Positions 27,174-37,393 are shown, counted from the stretch's first letter. The stretch is DNA of 64,000 bases from Elusimicrobiota bacterium (GCA_044221725.1 JBGAON010000002.1:96001-160000); one strand, 5' to 3'. A program made the numbers and translations. Notes: generated by a model from the letters alone, not told the origin.

Positions 27174-29489
27174 ATGCGACCGATCTTCTCTTCACGTTTC
27201 TCCTACAAAGCTCGCCCAAAAGCAAAATCCAAATCATCCAATAAACATTTCGGCTGGTTCTCTTCGGGGCTTTTGTTCACGAGCACGCTGTCGTTTTACT
27301 GCGTGCTCTTCCCAGAGGCCGCTGGACAGTGGGGCCAAAAGATCGCTCAGTTTCTCGGTTGGATGGTGGGTTCCGGCCGTTATTTGTTGCCCGTCCTTGT
27401 GGGCGGCATTGCCGCTCTTCGAATTTTCAAACACGAAAAAAGTTGGAACACGCTTCAAATCATCCTTAGCTTCGGACTTTTCTGGTCCTTCCTAATTTTC
27501 TTGACGCTGATTGGCCAATCCGTGTGGCAGGAAAACTACGGTGGAATTCTCGGCTCCGTCGGACAAAGGCTTTTCGCGCGCCTGTTTGGCACGGTTGGCA
27601 GTTGGATTGTGGATGCGGGACTTATGGCGACGCTCGGTATATTGTTTGCCGGCGCCACGCCTGGCGAAGTTTTGCACGGTTTAGCGAACACGATTTCCGA
27701 AGATTGGAAAGATTGGAGAAAAGAAAAAACCGCAGCTCCGAAAATAAAATCCGCAAAGCCTCCGGTTGTTCCTTCTGTTCCCGCGCTCAGTCAGCCCATA
27801 AAGAAAGATTCGGCGCCGAAAATTATGGGACTTAAAGACGAAGCAGCGCTCGCAACGAGTGGAAAAGCGATTGCGTCCAATGGTGCTGCAGCCAAAGCGG
27901 CAGCGGTTGCACCGGCCGCTCCATCGGCCGAACCAAAGATTACGCGACGTGTTGAAAAAACAGCGGCCGCAGCGGCCGAAAAAAATGAGAAGCCCGAACA
28001 GGCTGCCGCTCCGGCGAACAAAATTCCTTATACATCTCCGTCTCTAGATATTTTTGAAGAAGCAAAACGGAATCAACCGGTCGCAAAAGAAGAGCTCACG
28101 GCGCGTGCGAAACTTCTCGAACAAACGCTCGCCAACTTTAATATCGCGGCTTCCGTTGTGGAAATTCATCCGGGTCCGGTCATTACTCGCTACGATCTCG
28201 AACCCGCGCCCGGCGTAAAAATTTCATCCATCTCCAGCCGCGCCGACGACCTCGCGCTGGCAATGAAAGCGATGGGTATTCGCGTGCTCGCACCCATCCC
28301 TGGGAAAGGAGCGGTGGGTATTGAACTGCCAAATTCTCATCCGGAAACGGTGGGTCTCAAAGAGATGTTGGCTCGGCCCGAATTTCAAAATCATCCGTCG
28401 CCATTGGCGTTCGTCCTCGGTAAAACAGTCTCCGGCGAGCCTTATATCGTCGATCTGGCGGCCATGCCGCACATGCTCGTTGCGGGAGCGACGGGTTCGG
28501 GAAAAAGCGTGGTTGTGCACGCGCTCATCAGTTCCATTCTCTATCGTATGCCGCCGGACCTTGTGAAATTCGTGATGATCGATCCGAAACGACTCGAACT
28601 TCCATCCTATTCGATGATTCCACATCTTTACGATCCGCGTGTGAGCCCGATACAAGCGGAAGTGATTACGAATTCGAAACAAGCGGCGAAAGCGCTCATG
28701 CGTCTTGTGAAAGTGATGGAATATCGTTACGACTTGTTCGCCAAGGCAAACGTGCGCAACATCGATTCGTACAACAAGAAACGCAAAGCGGCGGGACTGC
28801 CTCCCGAATATTTCTTGGTCGTGATTATTGATGAATTAGCGGATTTGATGTTGACGTCACCGAAAGAAGTGGAAGATTCGATTCAACGTCTTGCGCAAAT
28901 GGCGCGCGCCGTCGGTATTCACTTGGTGCTCGCCACGCAGCGCCCGTCGGTGGACGTGATCACCGGCGTCATCAAGGCGAATTTGCCGGCGCGTATTGCG
29001 CTGCGCGTGGCTTCGGTCATTGATTCGCGCGTTATTGTTGATTGCGCCGGCGCCGAAGTATTGCTTGGGAAAGGGGATATGCTCTTTTTGCCACCGGCGC
29101 AACCCGAACCGATTCGCGTGCAAGGCGCGTACGTATCAGAGAAAGATGTCGAGAATTTGATGGAGCACGTCAAACAGTTTGGTCTGCCCGATTACGCTGA
29201 TTTGTTTAGTTCAGGCAGTGCACTCGAATTTGCGGTGGAAGACAAAAAGGAAATGAAAGATTTGATCGAAGGGCTCAAACTCGTGCTCGAACGCCACCGC
29301 GTGTCACAGGATTTGTTGAAGGCGCATTTTGGAAGCTCGGCGCGCGCGACGAATTTGCTTTCGCTTATGGAAGTGAAAGAATTTATAAAGAAGCCGGAAG
29401 GATCAAACCGCTGGGAAATCAATTTCGACATGATTGAAGAGTTTCTTGCAAAGGTGAACATGGTTCCAGAAACGGAGATGTCCGAATGA
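27174..29489 (+). CDS. ftsK: DNA translocase FtsK
   Basis: N-terminal TM domain, linker, GATGSGKS, IIDELADLM, HLVLATQRPSVDVITG, LLGKGDML; atypical gamma domain. Confidence 0.95.
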   Translation: MRPIFSSRFSYKARPKAKSKSSNKHFGWFSSGLLFTSTLSFYCVLFPEAAGQWGQKIAQFLGWMVGSGRYLLPVLVGGIAALRIFKHEKSWNTLQIILSFGLFWSFLIFLTLIGQSVWQENYGGILGSVGQRLFARLFGTVGSWIVDAGLMATLGILFAGATPGEVLHGLANTISEDWKDWRKEKTAAPKIKSAKPPVVPSVPALSQPIKKDSAPKIMGLKDEAALATSGKAIASNGAAAKAAAVAPAAPSAEPKITRRVEKTAAAAAEKNEKPEQAAAPANKIPYTSPSLDIFEEAKRNQPVAKEELTARAKLLEQTLANFNIAASVVEIHPGPVITRYDLEPAPGVKISSISSRADDLALAMKAMGIRVLAPIPGKGAVGIELPNSHPETVGLKEMLARPEFQNHPSPLAFVLGKTVSGEPYIVDLAAMPHMLVAGATGSGKSVVVHALISSILYRMPPDLVKFVMIDPKRLELPSYSMIPHLYDPRVSPIQAEVITNSKQAAKALMRLVKVMEYRYDLFAKANVRNIDSYNKKRKAAGLPPEYFLVVIIDELADLMLTSPKEVEDSIQRLAQMARAVGIHLVLATQRPSVDVITGVIKANLPARIALRVASVIDSRVIVDCAGAEVLLGKGDMLFLPPAQPEPIRVQGAYVSEKDVENLMEHVKQFGLPDYADLFSSGSALEFAVEDKKEMKDLIEGLKLVLERHRVSQDLLKAHFGSSARATNLLSLMEVKEFIKKPEGSNRWEINFDMIEEFLAKVNMVPETEMSE

Positions 29490-30142
29490 AGCGCGCGCTT
29501 TTAAGCCTGTTATTAATTTGTGCGCCGGCTGCTCTTCTTCCGGCGTCCTACGACTTGGATCGCATTCTGCTCGAGATGGAAAACCGCGAGAAAACGCTCG
29601 ACGCCATCCGGTTTGATTTTCAGCAGCAGATTCATTTCACGCAGCTCAACAACGATTCGCTGATCACCGGGGAGGCGCTGTTCGGGAAGCGCGGTCAGTT
29701 GCGGATCACGAAGTCCACGCCGGACAAACAAGTGACCGTTTCCGACGGAAAGAAGGTGTGGGTTTTTAATCCGCAAGCAAACCAGGTATGGCAAGGTTCT
29801 TCGAAGAAATGGCTGCAGTCTCCGGTTTTGCCAAAAGGCATGGTGCCGCTCAACAATTATGTCGACGACCTCAAAAGGAATTTTGATTTGCAACTGAAAG
29901 AGAGCTCGGTTGATTCATCGGACATTGTGACGATCAAAGCCGAACCGAGATCAAAAGCATTGGGGTACGAGATTGAACTTCGTATTGCCACAGCCACTTG
30001 GCTACCGGTTCAGACAATTTACCGGTCCGATTCGGCGAAGGTCGTGACCACGCTTTCCAAAACGCAGGTAAATCCGAATGTTCAGGAGTCTGATTTTCGT
30101 TTTAAAGTTCCGAAAGGAACCGATGTGATTCCATTTAATTAA
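29486..30142 (+). CDS. lolA: Outer-membrane lipoprotein carrier LolA-like protein
   Basis: Signal peptide; FDFQQ, VSDGKKVWVFNP, FRFKVPKGTDVI; conserved position after ftsK. Confidence 0.8.
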   Translation: MKRALLSLLLICAPAALLPASYDLDRILLEMENREKTLDAIRFDFQQQIHFTQLNNDSLITGEALFGKRGQLRITKSTPDKQVTVSDGKKVWVFNPQANQVWQGSSKKWLQSPVLPKGMVPLNNYVDDLKRNFDLQLKESSVDSSDIVTIKAEPRSKALGYEIELRIATATWLPVQTIYRSDSAKVVTTLSKTQVNPNVQESDFRFKVPKGTDVIPFN

Positions 30143-30154
30143 GGAAAATATTTC

Positions 30155-30913
30155 ATGTCCGAGACATCCACCACCGAGCCAACCGCTCCCACACCACCGG
30201 TTTCGAAATCCGACATCATGCACAGCGTTGGAAAAACATTGCTGGAACGGCGCACGGCGCGGTCGTTGTCGCTGGAGAAAGTGAGCCAGGTAATCAAGAT
30301 TCGATTACCGTATTTGCAGGCGATGGAACGGGGAGATTGGGACGCGTTGCCGGGCGAAGTTTACGTGCGAGGGTTTATCCGCCGATACGCGAACTATCTG
30401 GGAATTGATGGCGACAAGCTGATCGAGCCGTATTTAAAATTGTCAGAGCTTCCTCAGGAGAAAAAGGTGGATACCGCGATGGAGGCGGGAGGACCGGATT
30501 TTGGTCGAACGCAGATCATCTGGGGAATTATTGGTGTAGTGTTCATCATTGGCTTTCTAAAAGTTATCCGTCAGGAGAAAAACACGCCGATAAAATCGGC
30601 AGCCCCCGTCGCCGCAAAGTCGTCGGTTGATGCCGCACCGACTCCGTCGACGAGCACCAAGCCCGAAGAGGCGATGCCTGTGGTGGCGAAACACGTAATA
30701 ACGGTCTTCTGTCCAAATCCACTTTGGCTGCACGTTGCCGCCAGCGACAGAACGTTCGAAGGATATGTTCCGCAAAATTCTAGTTGGACCTGGAAAGGCG
30801 AAGGTGTTCTCACGATCCGCTTGGGGCACACGAAACAGGTCGTTCTGACCTACGACGGGAAACCTGTTCCTCTCGTGGATGATCAAAAGCGCGTGGTGTT
30901 GCCGTCCGAATGA
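30155..30913 (+). CDS. rodZ: RodZ-like cytoskeletal protein (HTH, TM, DUF4115-like)
   Basis: IRLPYLQAMERG...LPGEVYVRGFIRRYANYLG, single TM, periplasmic beta domain. Confidence 0.85.
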   Translation: MSETSTTEPTAPTPPVSKSDIMHSVGKTLLERRTARSLSLEKVSQVIKIRLPYLQAMERGDWDALPGEVYVRGFIRRYANYLGIDGDKLIEPYLKLSELPQEKKVDTAMEAGGPDFGRTQIIWGIIGVVFIIGFLKVIRQEKNTPIKSAAPVAAKSSVDAAPTPSTSTKPEEAMPVVAKHVITVFCPNPLWLHVAASDRTFEGYVPQNSSWTWKGEGVLTIRLGHTKQVVLTYDGKPVPLVDDQKRVVLPSE

Positions 30914-31539
30914 AAATTAATGTGCCGACGCAGCTGACGCTTTTGCGTTTGTTGCTCGTTCCTTTCTTCCTTGTTTTCACGATCAACGATAATCTTTATA
31001 CGCGCATTGCGGCGTTGATCATTTTTATCGGCGCGAGTATCACCGATCTTTACGACGGAAAACTCGCGCGCGAACGCGGTGAGGTGACGACGCTTGGCAT
31101 TTTCTTGGATCCGTTGGCGGACAAATTTTTAATATCGTCCGCGTTTATCGCGTTCGTGCAAATCCCCGAAATTTATGTTCCCGCGTGGATGGTGATTCTC
31201 ATCATCGGCCGCGAATTTTTAATTACGGGACTTCGGACGCTGGCGGCATCGAAAGGCCGTATTCTCCCGGCGCAGCCCGCTGGCAAGTTCAAAACCACGT
31301 CACAGATCACAACGATTATCACGATACTCGTTATCCTCTGTGCCAATTCGCTGTTGGAGCGCTTTGGCGGATTGCCGGCGGAGATGTCGCAGTCGGACGC
31401 TTTTTGGGCGAGCGCTCTGGCGTTCGTGCGCGGTTTGCCCTATTGGATGACGTTCCTCACGGCGCTCTTCACGCTGGTCTCTGGTTATATATACATTCGC
31501 GGCAACATTGACTTGCTCCATGACAATGGAAAATCTTAG
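30910..31539 (+). CDS. pgsA: CDP-diacylglycerol--glycerol-3-phosphate 3-phosphatidyltransferase
   Basis: TDLYDGKLAR...TTLGIFLDPLADK, REFLITGLR, GKFKT. Confidence 0.95.
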   Translation: MKINVPTQLTLLRLLLVPFFLVFTINDNLYTRIAALIIFIGASITDLYDGKLARERGEVTTLGIFLDPLADKFLISSAFIAFVQIPEIYVPAWMVILIIGREFLITGLRTLAASKGRILPAQPAGKFKTTSQITTIITILVILCANSLLERFGGLPAEMSQSDAFWASALAFVRGLPYWMTFLTALFTLVSGYIYIRGNIDLLHDNGKS

Positions 31540-32071
31540 CGGCGACCAGCGCTCGATCGTTGATCGCGCGATTCTATTGCTCGCGACCGGTTTCGGGATC
31601 AGTCTTCTGCCCACCTATTTATTAAAGAAGTACGAATCTAAAATTAATGCACCGGTTCTGGCCGAGAAAAAGTGGACGGGTGCGGGTCTTTTCGGTTCAT
31701 TAGAAGGCGCGATTATTTATTTATTCCTGCCCTTTTCGGTCACGCGAGTTTTCCTGTTAGTGTTTTTGGCAATGATCTTCGTTTCGGTTTTCATCTCCGC
31801 TCGAGCAGAGAAAATTCTTAATTCTCACGATGATTCCCGTATTGTTATTGATGAATGGGCCGGTGTCTGGGTGGCGTTGTGGGGGGTTCTGCCGCGGTTC
31901 AGTCTATCGTTTGTGCTTGCCGTCGTTTTCTTTCGACTTTTCGATGTCTTCAAAGGCCCCATCGGCCGCCGCTGCCAAAACATGCCCGGTGGATGGGGAA
32001 TAACGCTCGATGACGTCTACGCCGGTTTCGCCGCCAATATACTTCGTCGCGTCGTTGTCCATTTTATTTAA
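31526..32071 (+). CDS. pgpA: Phosphatidylglycerophosphatase A
   Basis: ATGFG, HDDSRIVIDEWAG, FRLFDVFK, GGWGITLDDVYAG. Confidence 0.88.
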   Translation: MENLSGDQRSIVDRAILLLATGFGISLLPTYLLKKYESKINAPVLAEKKWTGAGLFGSLEGAIIYLFLPFSVTRVFLLVFLAMIFVSVFISARAEKILNSHDDSRIVIDEWAGVWVALWGVLPRFSLSFVLAVVFFRLFDVFKGPIGRRCQNMPGGWGITLDDVYAGFAANILRRVVVHFI

Positions 32072-32178
32072 TCGAAACATTTTATTGCCGCTCATTGCGA
32101 TTGTTTCTGCTTGATTCCCCAAGAGCCACGACTCATTATTTTGAAGTAATGGATATTCAAATTCATACGCTGTTTAGT

Positions 32179-32475
32179 TCACCGTATTTTCGAGGGATCC
32201 AATAACCGGGCTCCATGATAAACCGTCAATATCTCCGCAATTTTTCCTTTTAGTCGATAAACTACACGATAATTACCAAAAATAATTTCTCGAATATGCG
32301 GATCCTTCAGCTCTGGAACGATTCTGCCGGATTTGGGGAAATCGACCAATCTATCTATGGTCCGCAAAATATCGACTACAAAAAGACGGGCGTAGTGAGG
32401 AGAGTCTTTGGCGATAAAGTGAGTGATTGATTCTAAGTCGTTAAAACCTTGAAGTGTCCATTTTACTTGAGCCAT
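32179..32475 (-). CDS. Type II toxin, RelE/ParE family
   Basis: VKWT...DLESI...IAKDSP...FPKSGRIVPE...IREIIFGNYRVVYR...ILTVYHGAR. Confidence 0.88.
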   Translation of the reverse strand: MAQVKWTLQGFNDLESITHFIAKDSPHYARLFVVDILRTIDRLVDFPKSGRIVPELKDPHIREIIFGNYRVVYRLKGKIAEILTVYHGARLLDPSKIR

Positions 32476-32645
32476 TTCGCCATTTTCGCTTTCACCTTTG
32501 CATGAGAAATGGTTTGGTGAGCATTCGCTTGCTTTAAACCACGCTCTATTTTGGAAAGGAATAGCAATCGCTCCATTGCATCTTCTATGGAAGCTTTCGC
32601 GGGAAGATCACGAACTATTTTTATTACCTTTTCTTTTATCGTCAT
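32463..32645 (-). CDS. Cognate antitoxin (60 aa)
   Basis: Small ORF upstream of and overlapping the toxin; LP...EDAMERL...KIERGL...ISH pattern common in ParE-associated antitoxins. Confidence 0.75.
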   Translation of the reverse strand: MTIKEKVIKIVRDLPAKASIEDAMERLLFLSKIERGLKQANAHQTISHAKVKAKMAKWLK

Positions 32646-32714
32646 GATTCGAGAATAACAGGTTTACCTGCCACCTTCAAGATTGACCTTTAAATGAAAC
32701 AAAAAGTTGCCCTC

Positions 32715-32743
32715 TAGACACCCGCACCTCCTCCGAGTAGAAT
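32715..32743 (+). promoter_or_regulatory. Candidate sigma70 promoter of recA
   Basis: TAGACA (32715-32720), 17-bp spacer, TAGAAT (32738-32743). Confidence 0.55.
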
Positions 32744-32803
32744 CCCACCACTCATTTCCCTCGGAGAAGTCGTTAAATTCAACACACCTCGCAAGGAGGA
32801 AGC

Positions 32804-33919
32804 ATGTCCGCAACAGAGAAGAAAAAATCCGAAATACCAACCACCAAAGAAGACAAAGAGCGTTCATTAAAATTGGCGTTGGCGCAAATCGAAAAGAGTT
32901 ATGGCAAAGAAGCGCTCATGCGTTTGGGGGAAAAGGCACACGAGAAAATCGAAGTGATTCCGACGGGGGCGCTCGCGCTTGATCTTGCGATTGGCGTTGG
33001 CGGAATTCCACGTGGCCGCGTGATCGAAATCTACGGGCCGGAATCGTCCGGAAAATCCACGCTCTGCATGAGCATCGTCGCGCAGGCGCAGAAGCGCGGC
33101 GGAACCGCCGCTTACATCGATGCGGAACATTCGATGGACCCGGTCTACGCAAAAAAACTCGGTGTTGATATCGACAATTTGCTGATCTCTCAGCCCGACT
33201 CCGGCGAACAAGCGCTTGAAATTACCGAGCAGCTCGTCCGCTCCGGCGCCGTTGAGATCATTATCATCGACTCAACCGCGGCTCTCGTTCCCCGCTCGGA
33301 AATCGAAGGCGAAATGGGGCAGGCCAGCGTCGGTGTTCAAGCGCGGCTGATGTCGCAAGCGCTTCGCAAACTAACCGCGCTTCTCAACAAATCCAAAACG
33401 ACCGTCATCTTTATTAACCAACTCCGTCAGAAAATCGGTGTTCTTTATGGAAATCCGGAAACGACCCCGGGTGGCTTGGCGCTGAAGTTCTACGCAAGCG
33501 TTCGCTTGGATATTCGTCGCATCGAAGCCATCAAAGAAGGCGATGCGGTGATTGGTAGCCACGTGCGCGTCAAAGTTGTGAAGAACAAAGTGTCGCCGCC
33601 GTTCCGTCAGGCCGAGTTCGACATTATGTTCGGCTCCGGTATCGCGCGTGAAGCCGGCCTCATTGATATGGGCGCGCAGTCCGGTATTCTCGAGAAGTCC
33701 GGCGCCTGGTACCTCTACAAAGGGGAAAAGCTCGGCCAGGGACGCGAGAACGCCATGGAATTCCTGAAAACAAACGGCAAGCTCGCGAACGAGCTTGAAG
33801 AAGCGATCCGCAAACAATACGCCGCCGCCGAAAAAGCGACCGCCGCTGAAGAAGCAAAGAAAGGTGCTGATGCAAAAGCAGCCCCAGCAAAATCGGCCGC
33901 CGTCGCCGCAAAAAAATAG
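32804..33919 (+). CDS. recA: Recombinase A
   Basis: [56 protein letters not shown]; Ala/Lys-rich tail. Confidence 0.99.
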   Translation: MSATEKKKSEIPTTKEDKERSLKLALAQIEKSYGKEALMRLGEKAHEKIEVIPTGALALDLAIGVGGIPRGRVIEIYGPESSGKSTLCMSIVAQAQKRGGTAAYIDAEHSMDPVYAKKLGVDIDNLLISQPDSGEQALEITEQLVRSGAVEIIIIDSTAALVPRSEIEGEMGQASVGVQARLMSQALRKLTALLNKSKTTVIFINQLRQKIGVLYGNPETTPGGLALKFYASVRLDIRRIEAIKEGDAVIGSHVRVKVVKNKVSPPFRQAEFDIMFGSGIAREAGLIDMGAQSGILEKSGAWYLYKGEKLGQGRENAMEFLKTNGKLANELEEAIRKQYAAAEKATAAEEAKKGADAKAAPAKSAAVAAKK

Positions 33920-34854
33920 ATCCGCAACAATTAAAGTCATCGTGGCTTGAGTATTTGCGCGTCGAGCGCGGTCTCTCTGAGAATGCGCTCGACGCGTACC
34001 GCCGCGATATTGACTTGTTCCTGCAGTTCTTAAGTCGGTCCAACCAAAGCATTTCTTCCGTTCGTTCGTCGGATATCTCGGAATTTTTATTCGATGAGCA
34101 GGAAAAAAACAAAGCGGCGTCGTCGCTGACCCGTTATCTCCAAGCGATTCGCCACTTTTTTAAATTCCTGGTAGCTGAAAATCATCTGGAAAAAAATCCC
34201 GCCGAATTGATTCCGTTGCCGAAAAAACCACAGCGACTGCCCAAGGTCGTCAATGTTTCGGACGTGCAGCGGGTGCTAACAACACGAGCAAAGCCCGCGT
34301 CTGTTTCGATCGATAAGGCATCGCAGCGTCGGCGTGAGGAACGTGTGCTCCGATATATGGCCGCCTTCGAACTGCTGTACGCAACGGGCATGCGAATTTC
34401 TGAGCTCGTAAACCTCAAGGACAATCAATTGGATCTAAAAGACGGATTCGCACGCGTCATGGGAAAACGGAACAAGGAACGCATCGTCCCAGTGGGGCGT
34501 TACGCGCAAAGTGTTTTATCTCGGTACTTGGAGCTGCGAAACTCGGTGCGAAAGGACGTTCTCGTCGGAAATGGTGACGATTACGTGTTCACAAGCGCCG
34601 AGGGCGGCAAAGTGAGTCGATCAACTTTTTGGACCAATTTGCGCAAGATCAGTGTCGCGGCCGGAATCTCAAAAAAAATTAGCCCGCACGTTTTGCGGCA
34701 TTCGTTCGCCACTCATCTGTTGCAAGGCGGCGCTGACCTGCGCGTCGTCCAAGAGCTGTTGGGGCACGCGGACATTGGCACAACCCAAATCTATACGCAT
34801 GTCGACCGCACACAATTAATCGAGGCACACAAACGGTTCCATCCGCGCGCGTAG
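33916..34854 (+). CDS. xerD: Site-specific tyrosine recombinase XerD (start uncertain: ATA 33916 or TTG 33955)
   Basis: [75 protein letters not shown]. Confidence 0.88.
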   Translation: MDPQQLKSSWLEYLRVERGLSENALDAYRRDIDLFLQFLSRSNQSISSVRSSDISEFLFDEQEKNKAASSLTRYLQAIRHFFKFLVAENHLEKNPAELIPLPKKPQRLPKVVNVSDVQRVLTTRAKPASVSIDKASQRRREERVLRYMAAFELLYATGMRISELVNLKDNQLDLKDGFARVMGKRNKERIVPVGRYAQSVLSRYLELRNSVRKDVLVGNGDDYVFTSAEGGKVSRSTFWTNLRKISVAAGISKKISPHVLRHSFATHLLQGGADLRVVQELLGHADIGTTQIYTHVDRTQLIEAHKRFHPRA

Positions 34855-34888
34855 GAAGGCTTCTTCTGTTTCGAGCAGAGATTTTTAG

Positions 34889-36241
34889 TTAGGAAGGACG
34901 TTGCAGCAGAATCGCGCCACCAAGTCCTCCGGCGGCGCAAGCGGCTGCGAGGCCGATGTCGGAGTTCGGGTTTTCTTTCATCGCGTACATGAGGTTCAGA
35001 ACGATCCGTGTTCCGGTCGCGGCCAACGGGTGCCCGAGCGGGATACTGCCGCCATGAGGATTCAGCATCTTCTTGTCCCACAGCGTTCGCCAATCTTGGC
35101 TCATTTGCTCGCGGCCCACGTGAAAGATTGATAAGCACGTCGCCGCAAACGCTTCGTGCAACTCAATTTGATCGATATCCGAAAACTTAAGCCCCACGCG
35201 GTCGAGCGCGGTTTGCGTTGCGTACGCGGGCGCAATGCCCATGTGCGCCGGATCAATTCCATAAAACGCCCACGACTTTAATTCGCCGAGAATTTCGAGT
35301 CCCAAATCTTTCGCCAGTTCTTCGGATGTGACGATGACCGCGGCCGCCCCATCGGAACGGGCGCAGGAATTAAAGAGCGTAACCGTCGCTTGCGCGTTCG
35401 GTTCGTAACTTTTTCCTTTGATGTGTTCACCAAACTTCTCGTAAAAGTTTTTGATCGTAAACGCTTCGCTATCGAAAAGCACCGGCGCTTTTTTGATCAT
35501 CTCCGGTTTCTGAACCAAATTCTTTCGCAGCATCACGTATTCGTCGAACTCGAGCAGTGTTTGTCCGGCTTCTACGACCGGCATGACATGACTCTTATAG
35601 AATCCGTCTAATTCGGATTCGTAACAGCGTTTGAATGTTTCGTAGGCGTACGCGTCTTGCATCTCGCGCGTAATGCCGAACATTTGCGCGCACACTTCGG
35701 CCGTGGCGGCCATGTTCAAATGTCGAATTGGATCGGTGAGCCCTTCCTCCATTGTGTCCATGATGGACACTTCGGGATCGTTCCAAAGATTTGCCCAGTT
35801 TTCTTTTACCGATTCAATGGATCGGAGAGATTTCGCTGAGCGTGGGCCGCGAATGGCGTAGGGGAAAGTCGACATCGATTCGGTGCCGCCCGCAATATAG
35901 AGTTCACCTTCGCCCATGACAATGTGGCGGGCCGCTGAGCAAATAGATTCCATTCCGGAGACGCAGTTTTCTTGAATTGTCGTTGCGTGCGCGCGTTCGG
36001 GGAGGCGGCCGGCCTTTAGAGCGGCGATGCGCGCGATGTTCGGTGCGTGGGATCCTTGTCCAACCCAGCCGACGATGACGCCGTCAATATATTTTGGATC
36101 GAGATTGGCCCGCTTGACGAGTTCTCGGATGACCGAACCCATGAGATCTTCGGGTGGCATATGCGAAAGACTCTTCGAAAGGTGGCCAATCGCCGTTCGA
36201 AGTCCGGTGCACAGAACAATTTTTTTATTTTTCGAGTTCAT
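34889..36241 (-). CDS. Thiolase (acetyl-CoA C-acyltransferase), HEAF/CAAGG type
   Basis: NCVSG catalytic Cys, HEAFAA, GHPLAATG, ACAAGGLG. Confidence 0.9.
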   Translation of the reverse strand: MNSKNKKIVLCTGLRTAIGHLSKSLSHMPPEDLMGSVIRELVKRANLDPKYIDGVIVGWVGQGSHAPNIARIAALKAGRLPERAHATTIQENCVSGMESICSAARHIVMGEGELYIAGGTESMSTFPYAIRGPRSAKSLRSIESVKENWANLWNDPEVSIMDTMEEGLTDPIRHLNMAATAEVCAQMFGITREMQDAYAYETFKRCYESELDGFYKSHVMPVVEAGQTLLEFDEYVMLRKNLVQKPEMIKKAPVLFDSEAFTIKNFYEKFGEHIKGKSYEPNAQATVTLFNSCARSDGAAAVIVTSEELAKDLGLEILGELKSWAFYGIDPAHMGIAPAYATQTALDRVGLKFSDIDQIELHEAFAATCLSIFHVGREQMSQDWRTLWDKKMLNPHGGSIPLGHPLAATGTRIVLNLMYAMKENPNSDIGLAAACAAGGLGGAILLQRPS

Positions 36242-36327
36242 AGCCGTTCCCCATGAGCGTAACGCCGCGCTCGGTTTTTGTCAATCGAAAAACCCTTGTG
36301 AAGACGCGTCAATTCTCAAGTTCTTCC

Positions 36328-36356
36328 TTGAAAACCGTCGAGCGACCGACTAAACT
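36328..36356 (+). promoter_or_regulatory. Candidate sigma70 promoter of the MoxR operon
   Basis: TTGAAA (36328-36333), 17-bp spacer, TAAACT (36351-36356). Confidence 0.55.
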
Positions 36357-36388
36357 GATCACAATTCACGTCGGAATCTCGAGGAGTT

Positions 36389-37393
36389 TTGAGCGTGGCA
36401 CCCACAACACTATCAGATAAAGAACTCGCCGAAAAAGTTATCGCCGCTGAGAAGTCCATCAAATCCCAAATCTCAAAAGTTATCGTCGGACAAGATCAAG
36501 TTGTCGAGCAGTTGTTGCTATCGATTTTCGTTGAAGGGCATTGTTTGATTGTGGGGGTTCCGGGGCTTGCAAAAACGTTGCTCGTATCAACATTGGCCAA
36601 AACTCTCGATCTGGCGTTCAACCGGGTGCAGTTTACGCCCGATCTCATGCCGTCGGATATCACCGGAACGGAAGTCATCCAAGAAGACAAAGCCACACGC
36701 GAACGTCAGTTCAAATTTATCCAGGGTCCGATTTTTTCGAACGTGGTGCTCGCCGACGAAATCAACCGCACGCCACCAAAAACACAAGCGGCGCTGTTGC
36801 AGGCCATGCAGGAGCGGCGCGTGACGATCGGTGGACAGACCTACCCGTTGCCCGAACCGTTCTTTGTGTTGGCAACGCAAAATCCCATCGAACAGGAAGG
36901 GACTTATCCGCTACCGGAAGCGCAACTCGACCGGTTCTTGTTCCAAATCAATATCGGTTATCCGAGCATCACCGAGGAGAAAGAGATCGTTGCGAAGACC
37001 ACGCAAGTCACAGACGTTTCACCGAAAGCCGTTTTGAACGACAAAGAAATCAAAGCGATGCAGACAATTGTTCGGCGTGTGCCGGTGGCTGATTCGGTGG
37101 TGGATTACGCGGTGCGGCTCGTGCGCGCGTCGCGTCCGCAAGAAGCAGGGGCCAGCGAGATTGTGAAGAAATGGATCGGATGGGGCGCGGGCCCGCGCGC
37201 GTCGCAGTCGCTCATTCTCGCCGCGAAAGCGCGCGCTTTGTTGAACGGCCAACTTACGCCGTCGATTGAAGACGTGCGCGCGATGGCGCTGCCGGTCATG
37301 CGGCACCGGATTGTGCTGTCGTTCCAGGCACAAGCCGAAAATATTCCCGCGGATCATGTGTTATCGGAACTGTTGAACGTTGTCGCTGCTTGA
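36389..37393 (+). CDS. MoxR-family AAA+ ATPase
   Basis: GVPGLAKT, RVQFTPDLMPSDITG, LADEINRTPPKTQAALL, ATQNPIEQEGTYPLPEAQLDRF. Confidence 0.96.
   Translation: MSVAPTTLSDKELAEKVIAAEKSIKSQISKVIVGQDQVVEQLLLSIFVEGHCLIVGVPGLAKTLLVSTLAKTLDLAFNRVQFTPDLMPSDITGTEVIQEDKATRERQFKFIQGPIFSNVVLADEINRTPPKTQAALLQAMQERRVTIGGQTYPLPEPFFVLATQNPIEQEGTYPLPEAQLDRFLFQINIGYPSITEEKEIVAKTTQVTDVSPKAVLNDKEIKAMQTIVRRVPVADSVVDYAVRLVRASRPQEAGASEIVKKWIGWGAGPRASQSLILAAKARALLNGQLTPSIEDVRAMALPVMRHRIVLSFQAQAENIPADHVLSELLNVVAA

Noticed and set aside
32650..32803. LexA box upstream of recA
   Set aside because: No CTGT-N8-ACAG or GAAC-N4-GTTC match found; a lineage-specific box cannot be inferred from one site.
33916..34854. Tyrosine recombinase as a mobile-element integrase
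   Set aside because: XerD signatures (ERGLS start, HPRA end) and housekeeping context; no att sites or cargo.
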